DNA of 64,000 nucleotides from Escherichia coli (GTDB lineage Bacteria; Pseudomonadota; Gammaproteobacteria; Enterobacterales; Enterobacteriaceae): NCBI RefSeq assembly GCF_046105845.1, contig NZ_CP151004.1; one strand, 5' to 3'. Shown piece by piece: positions 47,642 to 64,000 of this stretch (position 1 is its first letter; each line of letters starts with the position of its first letter). The notes under the pieces were generated by a model. It saw only the letters and a program-made list of their open reading frames with translations, ran no database searches and was not told where the DNA came from. The position numbers and the translations under genes were made by a program.

Positions 47642-49221
47642 TCCTGCACGGCTTCCCACGTCAGACCAAAACGCGCCAGGTATTTGCGTAGCCGATCCGC
47701 GTCATTGACGCTGGCTTTGCCCTGGCGCGAAACATCAAAAAGCTGTCGTCCGGCAGCAGAAAGCGACTTTGCCTGGCGGCAGATAGCGATAACGTGTTCC
47801 AGTTGCATACGGTCGAAGAGGTCGATGTTTTCTGCCTCAGCGCCCAGCAACGCCGGAAGCGCGGAGGGGCGACTCTCCTGCCAGTTATAGCGCAGACGGT
47901 TTATCTCATCTTCCACCACTTCCCGAGTGATGCGTCCGCTAGTGGCAAAGGTTGCCATCCGCGTGACGCTGGCAGAAAGTTCGCGAAAGTTACCGCGCCA
48001 TGTTGCCTGGGGAGAGGTCGCAAAAGCCAGCCAGGCGCGCCGCGCTTCGGTGTTAAAACGCACGCTGTCGCCAGTGAGTGAGGCGTGGCGCTCCACTTCA
48101 TAATCCAGGTTCGGTTCAATATCTTCCTGGCGCTGGAGTAGACCCGGCAGGGTGAAGGTCCAGAGATTGATCCGCGCGTACAGATCTTCGCGGAATTTGC
48201 CTTCGGCAACCAGCTGACGCAAATCGCGCACCGTTCCGGCGATAAGCTGAAAGTCGCTACTCACCTGGCGATCGCTGCCAAACGGATAAAAGGTTTTCTC
48301 TTCAATGGCTTTCAGCAACATCGCCTGTTCGTCTGCGCCCAGTTCGCCAATCTCATCAAGAAACAACATGCCACCGTTGGCGCTGCGTAATAATCCTTCA
48401 CGAGATTCCCGCGCCCCGGTGAACGCGCCTTTCACATGACCAAACAGCGTCGACATGGCGGTATCGCCGCGCAGGGTGGCGCAGTTCACTTCCACAAACG
48501 CGCCGCTAAACTGATGCCGTGCCTGTTTTAATTCAAAGATGCGTCGCGCCAGAAATGACTTACCCGCACCGGTCGGGCCGTTAAGCAGGATCGGTGCGCG
48601 GGATTTGATCGCCACTTTTTCGATCTGCTCAATCATGCGGTTGAAGTGGGGGTTACGTGTGGCAATGCCGGATTTGAGGAAGTCGAGGGTTTGCTGGCGT
48701 TCCTCGGCAAAGCGGCTGGCGATGGCGTTATAACGGCTTAAATCGAGATCGATAATCGTCACTTCACCTGCGCCGCGCGGTTGTTCTTTTTTGCGCGGTG
48801 GTGAAGATTGTATCAGCCGGGCGGGCAGGTAACGCGCTTCTGCCAGCAGAAACCAGCAAATCTGCGCGACGTGGGTACCGGTGGTGATGTGAATTAAATA
48901 GTCTTCTTTTTCTGGCTGGAACGCGTAACCACGGGCGAAATCATGCAGGCAGGCGTAAACCTCTTCGAAATCCCACGGGTTATGCAGTTCTATCTCAACG
49001 CCCACCACTTCTGTTTCTGGCGAAACGCTGGCGATATCGCGTTTAAGCGTTTCGAATAGCGAGCGCGAGCGGGCGTCGTGCAATAATTCCAGCCGATCGA
49101 TAACTAACGATTCTTGCTGGCATAGACAGAGTGTCGGACGCCATTTTGACCAGCGCTGACTGCCGCGCCCGGCATAATCCAGCACCGTTCCGACAAAACC
49201 AAAAGCCACTGTTTTACGCAT
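47623..49221 (-). CDS. rtcR: Sigma-54-dependent transcriptional regulator RtcR
   Basis: 532 aa. AAA+ Walker A GPTGAGKS, GAFTGA sigma-54 contact motif, C-terminal HTH. 3' end overlaps glpR by 19 bp, convergent. Confidence 0.93.
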   Translation of the reverse strand: MRKTVAFGFVGTVLDYAGRGSQRWSKWRPTLCLCQQESLVIDRLELLHDARSRSLFETLKRDIASVSPETEVVGVEIELHNPWDFEEVYACLHDFARGYAFQPEKEDYLIHITTGTHVAQICWFLLAEARYLPARLIQSSPPRKKEQPRGAGEVTIIDLDLSRYNAIASRFAEERQQTLDFLKSGIATRNPHFNRMIEQIEKVAIKSRAPILLNGPTGAGKSFLARRIFELKQARHQFSGAFVEVNCATLRGDTAMSTLFGHVKGAFTGARESREGLLRSANGGMLFLDEIGELGADEQAMLLKAIEEKTFYPFGSDRQVSSDFQLIAGTVRDLRQLVAEGKFREDLYARINLWTFTLPGLLQRQEDIEPNLDYEVERHASLTGDSVRFNTEARRAWLAFATSPQATWRGNFRELSASVTRMATFATSGRITREVVEDEINRLRYNWQESRPSALPALLGAEAENIDLFDRMQLEHVIAICRQAKSLSAAGRQLFDVSRQGKASVNDADRLRKYLARFGLTWEAVQDQHSSS

Positions 49222-49344
49222 CTTAGATATCCTTATAAAAGACGATATTTCATTATCGGTAAATTGGCTTTGCGGGAAATCTCCGTTTACGGACGTAAAA
49301 ATTTAATCTATTAAAAACAATGAATTAAAAAATTAAGCTGCTTA

Positions 49345-49360
49345 ATTAATTTTCTGGCAC
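49345..49360 (+). promoter_or_regulatory. Sigma-54 (-24/-12) promoter of rtcBA
   Basis: TGGCAC-N5-TTGCA is an exact match to the sigma-54 consensus, about 50 nt upstream of rtcB and divergent from rtcR. Confidence 0.85.
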
Positions 49361-49408
49361 GACGGTTGCAATTATCAGGACAGCAAACAACGAAAAGAGA
49401 AAAACAAA

Positions 49409-50635
49409 ATGAATTACGAATTACTGACCACTGAAAATGCCCCGGTAAAAATGTGGACCAAAGGCGTGCCGGTAGAGGCCGATGCGCGTCAGCAACTTAT
49501 TAATACGGCGAAGATGCCGTTTATTTTCAAACATATTGCGGTAATGCCGGATGTACACCTGGGTAAAGGTTCCACCATTGGTAGCGTGATCCCAACCAAA
49601 GGGGCGATTATTCCGGCGGCGGTGGGCGTGGATATCGGTTGTGGAATGAACGCGCTGCGTACCGCGTTAACGGCGGCAGACCTGCCGGAAAACCTGGCGG
49701 AACTGCGTCAGGCGATTGAAACAGCCGTGCCGCACGGGCGTACTACCGGACGTTGTAAACGTGATAAAGGCGCATGGGAAAATCCGCCTGTTAGCGTCGA
49801 TGCGAAATGGGCTGAGCTGGAAGCCGGTTATCAGTGGTTAACGCAAAAATATCCGCGTTTCCTTAACACTAACAACTATAAACACCTGGGAACGCTGGGA
49901 ACGGGTAACCACTTTATTGAAATCTGCCTTGATGAGTCGGACCAGGTGTGGATTATGCTGCACTCCGGTTCACGCGGAATCGGTAACGCCATCGGGACTT
50001 ACTTTATCGATCTGGCGCAAAAAGAGATGCAGGACCAGCTTGAAACCTTGCCGTCGCGTGATCTGGCGTACTTTATGGAAGGTACGGAATACTTTGATGA
50101 TTACCTAAGAGCCGTGGCCTGGGCGCAGCTTTTCGCCAGCCTTAACCGCGATGCGATGATGGAAAACGTGGTAACGGCGTTGCAGAGCATTACGCAGAAA
50201 ACGGTCAGACAGCCACAAACGCTGGCGATGGAAGAGATCAACTGTCACCACAACTATGTGCAAAAAGAACAGCACTTTGGTGAAGAGATCTACGTGACGC
50301 GTAAAGGCGCGGTGTCTGCGCGTGCTGGTCAATATGGAATTATTCCAGGGTCGATGGGGGCGAAGAGCTTTATCGTCCGTGGGCTGGGAAATGAAGAGTC
50401 GTTCTGTTCGTGCAGCCACGGTGCCGGGCGGGTAATGAGCCGTACCAAAGCGAAAAAACTGTTCAGCGTGGAAGATCAAATTCGTGCCACCGCGCATGTG
50501 GAATGCCGTAAAGATGCCGAAGTGATCGACGAAATCCCGATGGCGTATAAAGATATTGATGCGGTGATGGCTGCACAAAGCGATCTGGTGGAAGTTATCT
50601 ATACCCTGCGTCAGGTGGTGTGCGTAAAAGGATAA
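49409..50635 (+). CDS. rtcB: RNA-splicing ligase RtcB
   Basis: 408 aa. Metal-binding His/Cys motifs typical of RtcB. Confidence 0.94.
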   Translation: MNYELLTTENAPVKMWTKGVPVEADARQQLINTAKMPFIFKHIAVMPDVHLGKGSTIGSVIPTKGAIIPAAVGVDIGCGMNALRTALTAADLPENLAELRQAIETAVPHGRTTGRCKRDKGAWENPPVSVDAKWAELEAGYQWLTQKYPRFLNTNNYKHLGTLGTGNHFIEICLDESDQVWIMLHSGSRGIGNAIGTYFIDLAQKEMQDQLETLPSRDLAYFMEGTEYFDDYLRAVAWAQLFASLNRDAMMENVVTALQSITQKTVRQPQTLAMEEINCHHNYVQKEQHFGEEIYVTRKGAVSARAGQYGIIPGSMGAKSFIVRGLGNEESFCSCSHGAGRVMSRTKAKKLFSVEDQIRATAHVECRKDAEVIDEIPMAYKDIDAVMAAQSDLVEVIYTLRQVVCVKG

Positions 50636-51655
<1,020 letters not shown>

Positions 51656-51697
51656 TACAGAGATGTAAGCCGGATCCGACGTATTATCCGGCTAAAC

Positions 51698-54409
<2,712 letters not shown>

Positions 54410-54895
54410 TCACTTCACTGTGGAAAATGAGGAAATATTATTTTTTTTGCGCTTCGTAATTAATGGTTATAAGGTCGGCCAGAAACCTTTCTAATGCAAG
54501 CGATGACGTTTTTTTATGTGTCTGAATTTGCACTCTGTCACAATTCCAAATCTTTATTAATGACTCACCTAAAACGACGCTGATCCAGCGTGAATACTGG
54601 TTTCCCTTATGTTCATCAGATTCATTTAAGCAAGGGTTTCTTCTTCATTCCTGATGAAAGTGCTATCTAAAAAGATGATCTTAATAAATCTATTAAGAAT
54701 GAGATGGAGCACACTGGATATTTTACTTGTGAAACTGTTTCACTCCTTTACTTAATTTATAGAGTTACCTTCCGCTTTTTGAAAATACGCAACGGCCATT
54801 TTTTGCACTTAGATACAGATTTTCTGCGCTGTATGGCATTGATTTGCTGCTAATCCTGTGGTTTGCACTAGCTTTAAGTGGTCGAGATCACATTT

Positions 54896-54950
54896 CCTTG
54901 CTCATCCCCGCAACTCCTCCCTGCCTAATCCCCCGCAGGATGAGGAAGGT
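54896..54950 (+). promoter_or_regulatory. MalT-box cluster in the malPQ promoter
   Basis: GGATGA-type hexamers (ggatgagg, and ggatgagc on the opposite strand) 60-120 nt upstream of malP. Confidence 0.5.
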
Positions 54951-54990
54951 CAACATCGAGCCTGGCAAACTAGCGATAACGTTGTGTTGA

Positions 54991-57408
<2,418 letters not shown>

Positions 57409-57417
57409 GGAAGCTCG

Positions 57418-59499
57418 ATGGAAAGCAAACGTCTGGATAATGCCGCGCTGGCGGCGGGGATTAGCCCCAATTACATCAATGCCCACGGTAAACCGCAGTC
57501 GATTAGCGCCGAAACCAAACGGCGTTTGCTTGACGCGATGCATCAACGTACCGCCACGAAAGTGGCGGTAACGCCAGTCCCGAATGTCATGGTTTATACC
57601 AGCGGCAAAAAAATGCCGATGGTGGTGGAGGGCAGCGGCGAATATAGCTGGCTGCTGACCACCGAAGAAGGAACGCAGTACAAAGGCCATGTAACGGGGG
57701 GCAAAGCGTTCAATCTACCGACGAAGCTGCCGGAAGGTTATCACACGCTGACACTCACCCAGGACGACCAGCGCGCGCATTGCCGGGTGATTGTGGCACC
57801 GAAACGCTGTTACGAACCGCAGGCGTTGCTGAATAAACAAAAGCTGTGGGGTGCCTGCGTTCAGCTTTATACGCTGCGATCGGAAAAAAACTGGGGTATT
57901 GGGGATTTTGGCGATCTCAAAGCGATGCTTGAGGATGTGGCAAAACGTGGCGGGTCGTTCATCGGTCTGAACCCGATTCATGCGCTCTATCCGGCAAATC
58001 CGGAAAGTGCCAGCCCGTATAGCCCGTCTTCTCGCCGTTGGCTGAATGTGATTTATATCGACGTTAACGCCGTCGAAGATTTCCATCTTAGCGAAGAGGC
58101 TCAGGCCTGGTGGAAGTTGCCGACCACGCAACAGACGCTGCAACAGGCGCGGGATGCCGACTGGGTTGATTACTCCACGGTTACCGCCCTAAAAATGACA
58201 GCATTACGAATGGCGTGGAAAGGTTTCGCGCAACGTGATGATGAACAGATGACCGCGTTTCGCCAGTTTGTTGCCGAGCAAGGCGACAGCCTGTTCTGGC
58301 AGGCGGCGTTTGACGCACTACATGCCCAGCAAGTGAAAGAGGACGAAATGCGCTGGGGCTGGCCTGCATGGCCAGAGATGTATCAGAACGTGGATTCACC
58401 AGAAGTGCGCCAGTTCTGCGAAGAACATCGTGATGACGTCGATTTTTATCTCTGGTTGCAGTGGCTGGCTTACAGCCAGTTTGCCGACTGCTGGGAGATA
58501 AGCCAGGGCTATGAAATGCCGATTGGCTTGTATCGTGATCTGGCGGTTGGCGTAGCGGAAGGTGGGGCGGAAACCTGGTGCGACCGTGAACTGTATTGCC
58601 TGAAAGCGTCGGTAGGCGCACCGCCGGATATCCTCGGCCCGTTGGGGCAGAACTGGGGATTGCCGCCAATGGACCCGCATATCATCACCGCGCGTGCCTA
58701 TGAACCGTTTATCGAGCTGTTGCGTGCCAATATGCAAAACTGCGGCGCATTACGAATTGACCATGTGATGTCGATGCTGCGTTTGTGGTGGATACCGTAT
58801 GGCGAGACGGCGGATCAGGGCGCGTATGTACACTATCCGGTGGATGATCTGCTCTCGATTCTGGCACTCGAAAGTAAACGTCATCGCTGCATGGTGATTG
58901 GTGAAGATCTCGGTACCGTACCGGTAGAGATTGTCGGTAAGCTGCGCAGCAGCGGTGTGTACTCCTACAAAGTGCTCTATTTCGAAAACGACCACGAGAA
59001 GACATTCCGCTCACCGAAAGCGTACCCAGAGCAGTCGATGGCGGTTGCGGCGACACACGACCTGCCTACGCTACGCGGCTACTGGGAGAGCGGGGATCTA
59101 ACGCTGGGCAAAACGCTGGGGTTGTATCCGGATGAAGTGGTACTGCGCGGTCTGTATCAGGATCGCGAACTGGCGAAGCAAGGACTGCTGGATGCTCTGC
59201 ATAAATATGGTTGCCTGCCAAAACGTGCCGGGCATAAGGCATCGTTGATGTCGATGACGCCGACGCTGAATCGTGGTTTGCAACGTTATATCGCTGACAG
59301 TAACAGTGCCCTGTTAGGGCTACAGCCAGAAGACTGGCTGGATATGGCGGAACCGGTAAATATTCCCGGCACCAGTTACCAGTATAAAAACTGGCGGCGC
59401 AAGCTCTCTGCAACGCTTGAGGCGATGTTTGCCGATGATGGCGTGAACAAGTTGCTGAAGGATTTGGACAGACGGCGCAGAGCGGCAGCGAAGAAGTAG
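57418..59499 (+). CDS. malQ: 4-alpha-glucanotransferase (amylomaltase) MalQ
   Basis: 693 aa. Immediately downstream of malP. Confidence 0.94.
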   Translation: MESKRLDNAALAAGISPNYINAHGKPQSISAETKRRLLDAMHQRTATKVAVTPVPNVMVYTSGKKMPMVVEGSGEYSWLLTTEEGTQYKGHVTGGKAFNLPTKLPEGYHTLTLTQDDQRAHCRVIVAPKRCYEPQALLNKQKLWGACVQLYTLRSEKNWGIGDFGDLKAMLEDVAKRGGSFIGLNPIHALYPANPESASPYSPSSRRWLNVIYIDVNAVEDFHLSEEAQAWWKLPTTQQTLQQARDADWVDYSTVTALKMTALRMAWKGFAQRDDEQMTAFRQFVAEQGDSLFWQAAFDALHAQQVKEDEMRWGWPAWPEMYQNVDSPEVRQFCEEHRDDVDFYLWLQWLAYSQFADCWEISQGYEMPIGLYRDLAVGVAEGGAETWCDRELYCLKASVGAPPDILGPLGQNWGLPPMDPHIITARAYEPFIELLRANMQNCGALRIDHVMSMLRLWWIPYGETADQGAYVHYPVDDLLSILALESKRHRCMVIGEDLGTVPVEIVGKLRSSGVYSYKVLYFENDHEKTFRSPKAYPEQSMAVAATHDLPTLRGYWESGDLTLGKTLGLYPDEVVLRGLYQDRELAKQGLLDALHKYGCLPKRAGHKASLMSMTPTLNRGLQRYIADSNSALLGLQPEDWLDMAEPVNIPGTSYQYKNWRRKLSATLEAMFADDGVNKLLKDLDRRRRAAAKK

Positions 59500-59514
59500 T
59501 AGGGTGCGGTTGAT

Positions 59515-59535
59515 GCCGGATGCGATGCATCCGGC
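59515..59535. repeat. REP-derived palindrome / convergent terminator between malQ and gntT
   Basis: gccggatgc-gat-gcatccggc, a perfect 9-bp stem. Confidence 0.7.
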
Positions 59536-59546
59536 AGTCGGTGTTA

Positions 59547-60863
59547 TCAAATCACCATATTCAGCAGCAGACAGCCTACCAGACCGCACACCGAGATAAT
59601 GGTTTCCAGCATCGACCAGGACTTGATGGTCTCGCCGATAGTCAGGTTAAAGTACTCTTTGAACAGCCAGAAGCCCGGATCGTTCACGTGAGAGAAAATC
59701 ACACTACCGGAACCAACCGCAATAACCATCAGCTCCGGGCTAACACCCGTCGTTGCAATCAGCGGTGCCGCGATACCACCCGCAGTGATTGCCGCAACGG
59801 TTGCGGAACCCAGCGCGATACGCAGTACGGCAGCAATCGACCAGGCCATCAGCAGCGGAGAAATGTTGGTTTCGTGCATCATGGAAGCAATGTATTTGTC
59901 CACGCCGCTGTCTACCAGCACCTGCTTGAACGCACCGCCACCACCGATAATCAACAGCATCATCGCAATGATTTTGATGGAAGAAACCAGCGTGTCGTTA
60001 ATCTGATCCATTGAACGACCACGGTTCAGACCAAAGGTGAACATCGCAATCAGTACGGCAATCAGCGTAGCCATTACTGGGTCACCGAGGAACTCCGCTA
60101 CCGGCAGGAAAGCGTGACCTTTCGGCAGGATCATTTCGGCAATCGCACGCATCGCCATCAGCACTACCGGCACCAGAGAGGTCCAGACGCTGACGCCAAA
60201 GCTCGGCATCTCTTCTTCGCTGAAGGTTTTCGCGCTGTACAGACCTTCCGGGATCGGCTTATCGATACCTTTCAGCACGCGAGCGTAAACCGGACCGGCG
60301 AGAATCACGGTCGGGATTGCCAGAATAGTACCGTACAGCAGGGTTTTACCCATATCGGCATTGAAAATGGTGGCAATCGCAGTCGGACCCGGATGCGGTG
60401 GCAGGAAGCCGTGGGTCACAGACAGTGCAGCCGCCATCGGTACACCAACATACAGCAGTGGAATGTTAGCTGCCGCTGCGATGGTAAACACCAGCGGCAG
60501 CATCAGCACGAAGCCCACTTCATAGAACAGGGCAAAACCAACGGTAAAACCGGTTAACACCACCGCCCACTGGATGTGCTTTTTACCAAATTTGGCAATC
60601 AGCGTGGTGGCGATACGTTGTGCGCCACCGCAGTCTGCCAGCATTTTGCCCAGCATTGCGCCAAAACCCATGATCAGGGCAAGGCTACCGAGCGTCCCGC
60701 CGACACCGGCTTTGATGGAGCCAATAACTTTATCCAGCGGCATTCCTTGCATTAATCCAACAGCAAGCGCCACGAGGACGAGAGCGATGAAGCCGTTCAT
60801 TTTGAAACGGATCATCAGGAGCAACAACAAGATTACACCGATAGCAACAATGACTAATGGCAT
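59547..60863 (-). CDS. gntT: High-affinity gluconate:H+ symporter GntT (GntP family)
   Basis: 438 aa polytopic membrane protein, paralogous to GntU. Confidence 0.93.
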   Translation of the reverse strand: MPLVIVAIGVILLLLLMIRFKMNGFIALVLVALAVGLMQGMPLDKVIGSIKAGVGGTLGSLALIMGFGAMLGKMLADCGGAQRIATTLIAKFGKKHIQWAVVLTGFTVGFALFYEVGFVLMLPLVFTIAAAANIPLLYVGVPMAAALSVTHGFLPPHPGPTAIATIFNADMGKTLLYGTILAIPTVILAGPVYARVLKGIDKPIPEGLYSAKTFSEEEMPSFGVSVWTSLVPVVLMAMRAIAEMILPKGHAFLPVAEFLGDPVMATLIAVLIAMFTFGLNRGRSMDQINDTLVSSIKIIAMMLLIIGGGGAFKQVLVDSGVDKYIASMMHETNISPLLMAWSIAAVLRIALGSATVAAITAGGIAAPLIATTGVSPELMVIAVGSGSVIFSHVNDPGFWLFKEYFNLTIGETIKSWSMLETIISVCGLVGCLLLNMVI

Positions 60864-61023
60864 GATTTACCTGGCCTTTCATTTGTTATGGGTAACGTCA
60901 ATTTTCTGACGACAAACTCTAATTATCCCAATCGGGAACAGAGATATTGCGGCACCACGACTGATACCCACTAAAACTAATTATTGTAGTCAGATGTCAG
61001 GAGTATGTTTGGTACCCACGTGA

Positions 61024-61039
61024 ATGATACGGGTAACAT
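61024..61039 (-). promoter_or_regulatory. GntR operator upstream of gntT
   Basis: atgatacgggtaacat matches the GntR palindrome ATGTTACCCGTAACAT at 14 of 16 positions. A second weaker copy lies at 60884-60897. Confidence 0.6.
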
Positions 61040-61168
61040 CCGGCGTTTGAGAATCACCAGAGCGGGGTAAATTTAAATTATGAGAGGTTGGTCATATTAT
61101 CGCGGGGAAACGAAGGGAGGGGGGTTGCCAAAGCAATGCTGCGCCAACGTCTGGCTCATGTTCAACGT

Positions 61169-61224
<56 letters not shown>

Positions 61225-61800
61225 TTAGTAGTAGGAGTGCTCGCCGCGCTGGTGTTCGGTGAGATCGCGCACACCTTTCAGCTCCGGGAATTCGTTCAGC
61301 AGCTGCTTCTCGATCCCTTCTTTCAGCGTCACATCTACCATAGAACAACCGTTACAGCCGCCGCCAAATTGCAGAATGGCGTAACCGTCTTCGGTGATTT
61401 CCATCAGCGAAACGCGACCACCGTGACCAGCAAGCTGTGGGTTGATCTGCGACTGCAGCATATACTCCACGCGCTCCATCAGCGGTGCATCGTCTGCGAC
61501 TTTACGCATTTTGGCGTTAGGCGCTTTCAGCGTTAGCTGGGAACCCAACTGGTCTGTAACAAAGTCGATCTCTGCATCTTCCAGGTAAGGAGCGCTTAAC
61601 TCATCAACATACGCGGTCAGCAGGTCAAATTTCAGGGCAGTGTCGGTGGCTTCTACAGCGTCCGGCGGACAATAAGAAACGCCACATTCAGCGTTAGGCG
61701 TGCCAGGGTTAATCACAAATACGCGGATTTGTGTCCCTTCTTCCTGATTTGCCAGCAGTTTGGCAAAGTGCGCTTGTGCAGCATCGGAAATACGGATCAT
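61225..61800 (-). CDS. nfuA: Fe-S cluster biogenesis protein NfuA
   Basis: 191 aa. C-terminal Nfu domain CxxC (GGGCNGCS). Confidence 0.94.
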
Positions 61801-61858
61801 AGTAATGGCCTAATAGTTGACTATTTTAGTTGGTTATAATACGCCCATCATCGAGGCT

Positions 61859-63350
<1,492 letters not shown>

Positions 63351-63569
63351 GCAGCTTTTGAAATGGCGAGACAGAATTTTACTGACTCGCCGCAGCCAAC
63401 TCTTCTTCTGACACCCCGGTAAAACGCATGATGTCCGCAAGAGGGACTCCGGATTACAGCATTCTTTTGGCGATATCCGGGGCTTCCAGGCGTCGATCCA
63501 ATAAATAACCAATCAGGTAACTAATAAGATATTCTCTTTCTGCATCTGTCATTAAAACCATCCTTTACG

Positions 63570-64000
63570 TTATTGATGATTTATTTCAGCAAGGTCTTCA
63601 ACCGTCAGGCTGGTAAATCGCAGAACGTCCTCAAGAGAGACTCCGGCATCCAGCATGGTTTTGGCAATATTTAGGGCGTTGGTACGTATACCTTTCTGAA
63701 ACCCTTCCTGCCGCAATCTTTCCGCAATAGTCATTAAACTCTCCTTGTGTTTGGGTGAACGTTCGGCAACGCCGTCGATAAAATCGTTAAAACGTACCGC
63801 ATCGCCGGTTTGCAAGATGTAATTAAACAGCCCTTTGATTTGTCTGTCATTAGCGTATCCACTACTTAATAAGCAGGCCATTTGCTCTACCAGCCCCATC
63901 AGATCGCGTTGACGGATATGTTTTTGAATTAACTCCAACAGCGCCATGCGTCGGTGCTGCATGATTTCATCATCAGGCATGACAGTGACATCAATCAGCG
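63570..64000 (-). CDS. rpnA: Rpn (YhgA-like) recombination-promoting nuclease RpnA, C-terminal part; 5' end lies outside the window
   Basis: ORF open to the window edge on the minus strand. Position downstream of bioH matches yhgA/rpnA. Confidence 0.8.
   Translation of the reverse strand, partial: LIDVTVMPDDEIMQHRRMALLELIQKHIRQRDLMGLVEQMACLLSSGYANDRQIKGLFNYILQTGDAVRFNDFIDGVAERSPKHKESLMTIAERLRQEGFQKGIRTNALNIAKTMLDAGVSLEDVLRFTSLTVEDLAEINHQ

Overview
This window is an Escherichia coli-type chromosomal segment, collinear with the K-12 76-77 min region read in reverse, with one accessory insertion. Gene order: ftsY (3' part)-ftsE-ftsX, rpoH, livJ, panM, livKHMGF, ugpBAECQ, yhhA, ggt, yhhY, ryhB sRNA, yhhX, yhhW, gntR-gntK-gntU, yhgN, asd, glgBX-glgCAP, a 7-gene fimbrial island, glpD, glpEGR, rtcR, rtcBA, malT, malPQ, gntT, nfuA, gntX, bioH and the 3' part of rpnA (yhgA). 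The core genes were recognised by reading the translated ORFs (catalytic and nucleotide-binding motifs, protein lengths, operon context); no search was run. The only clearly accessory DNA is a visibly AT-rich, roughly 7.6 kb chaperone-usher fimbrial operon of the type-1 (FimA/C/D-like) kind between glgP and glpD. It encodes major subunit, chaperone, usher, two minor subunits, a second chaperone and a large tip-adhesin candidate, preceded by a roughly 410 bp AT-rich non-coding leader. I cannot say from sequence alone whether this operon matches an already catalogued cryptic E. coli fimbrial type. The K-12-specific yhhZ-yrhA-IS1-yrhB segment between ggt and yhhY is absent. No CRISPR array, IS element, integrase, tRNA or rRNA gene is seen. 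Several regulatory sites are recognisable and REP/BIME repeats occupy several intergenic regions.
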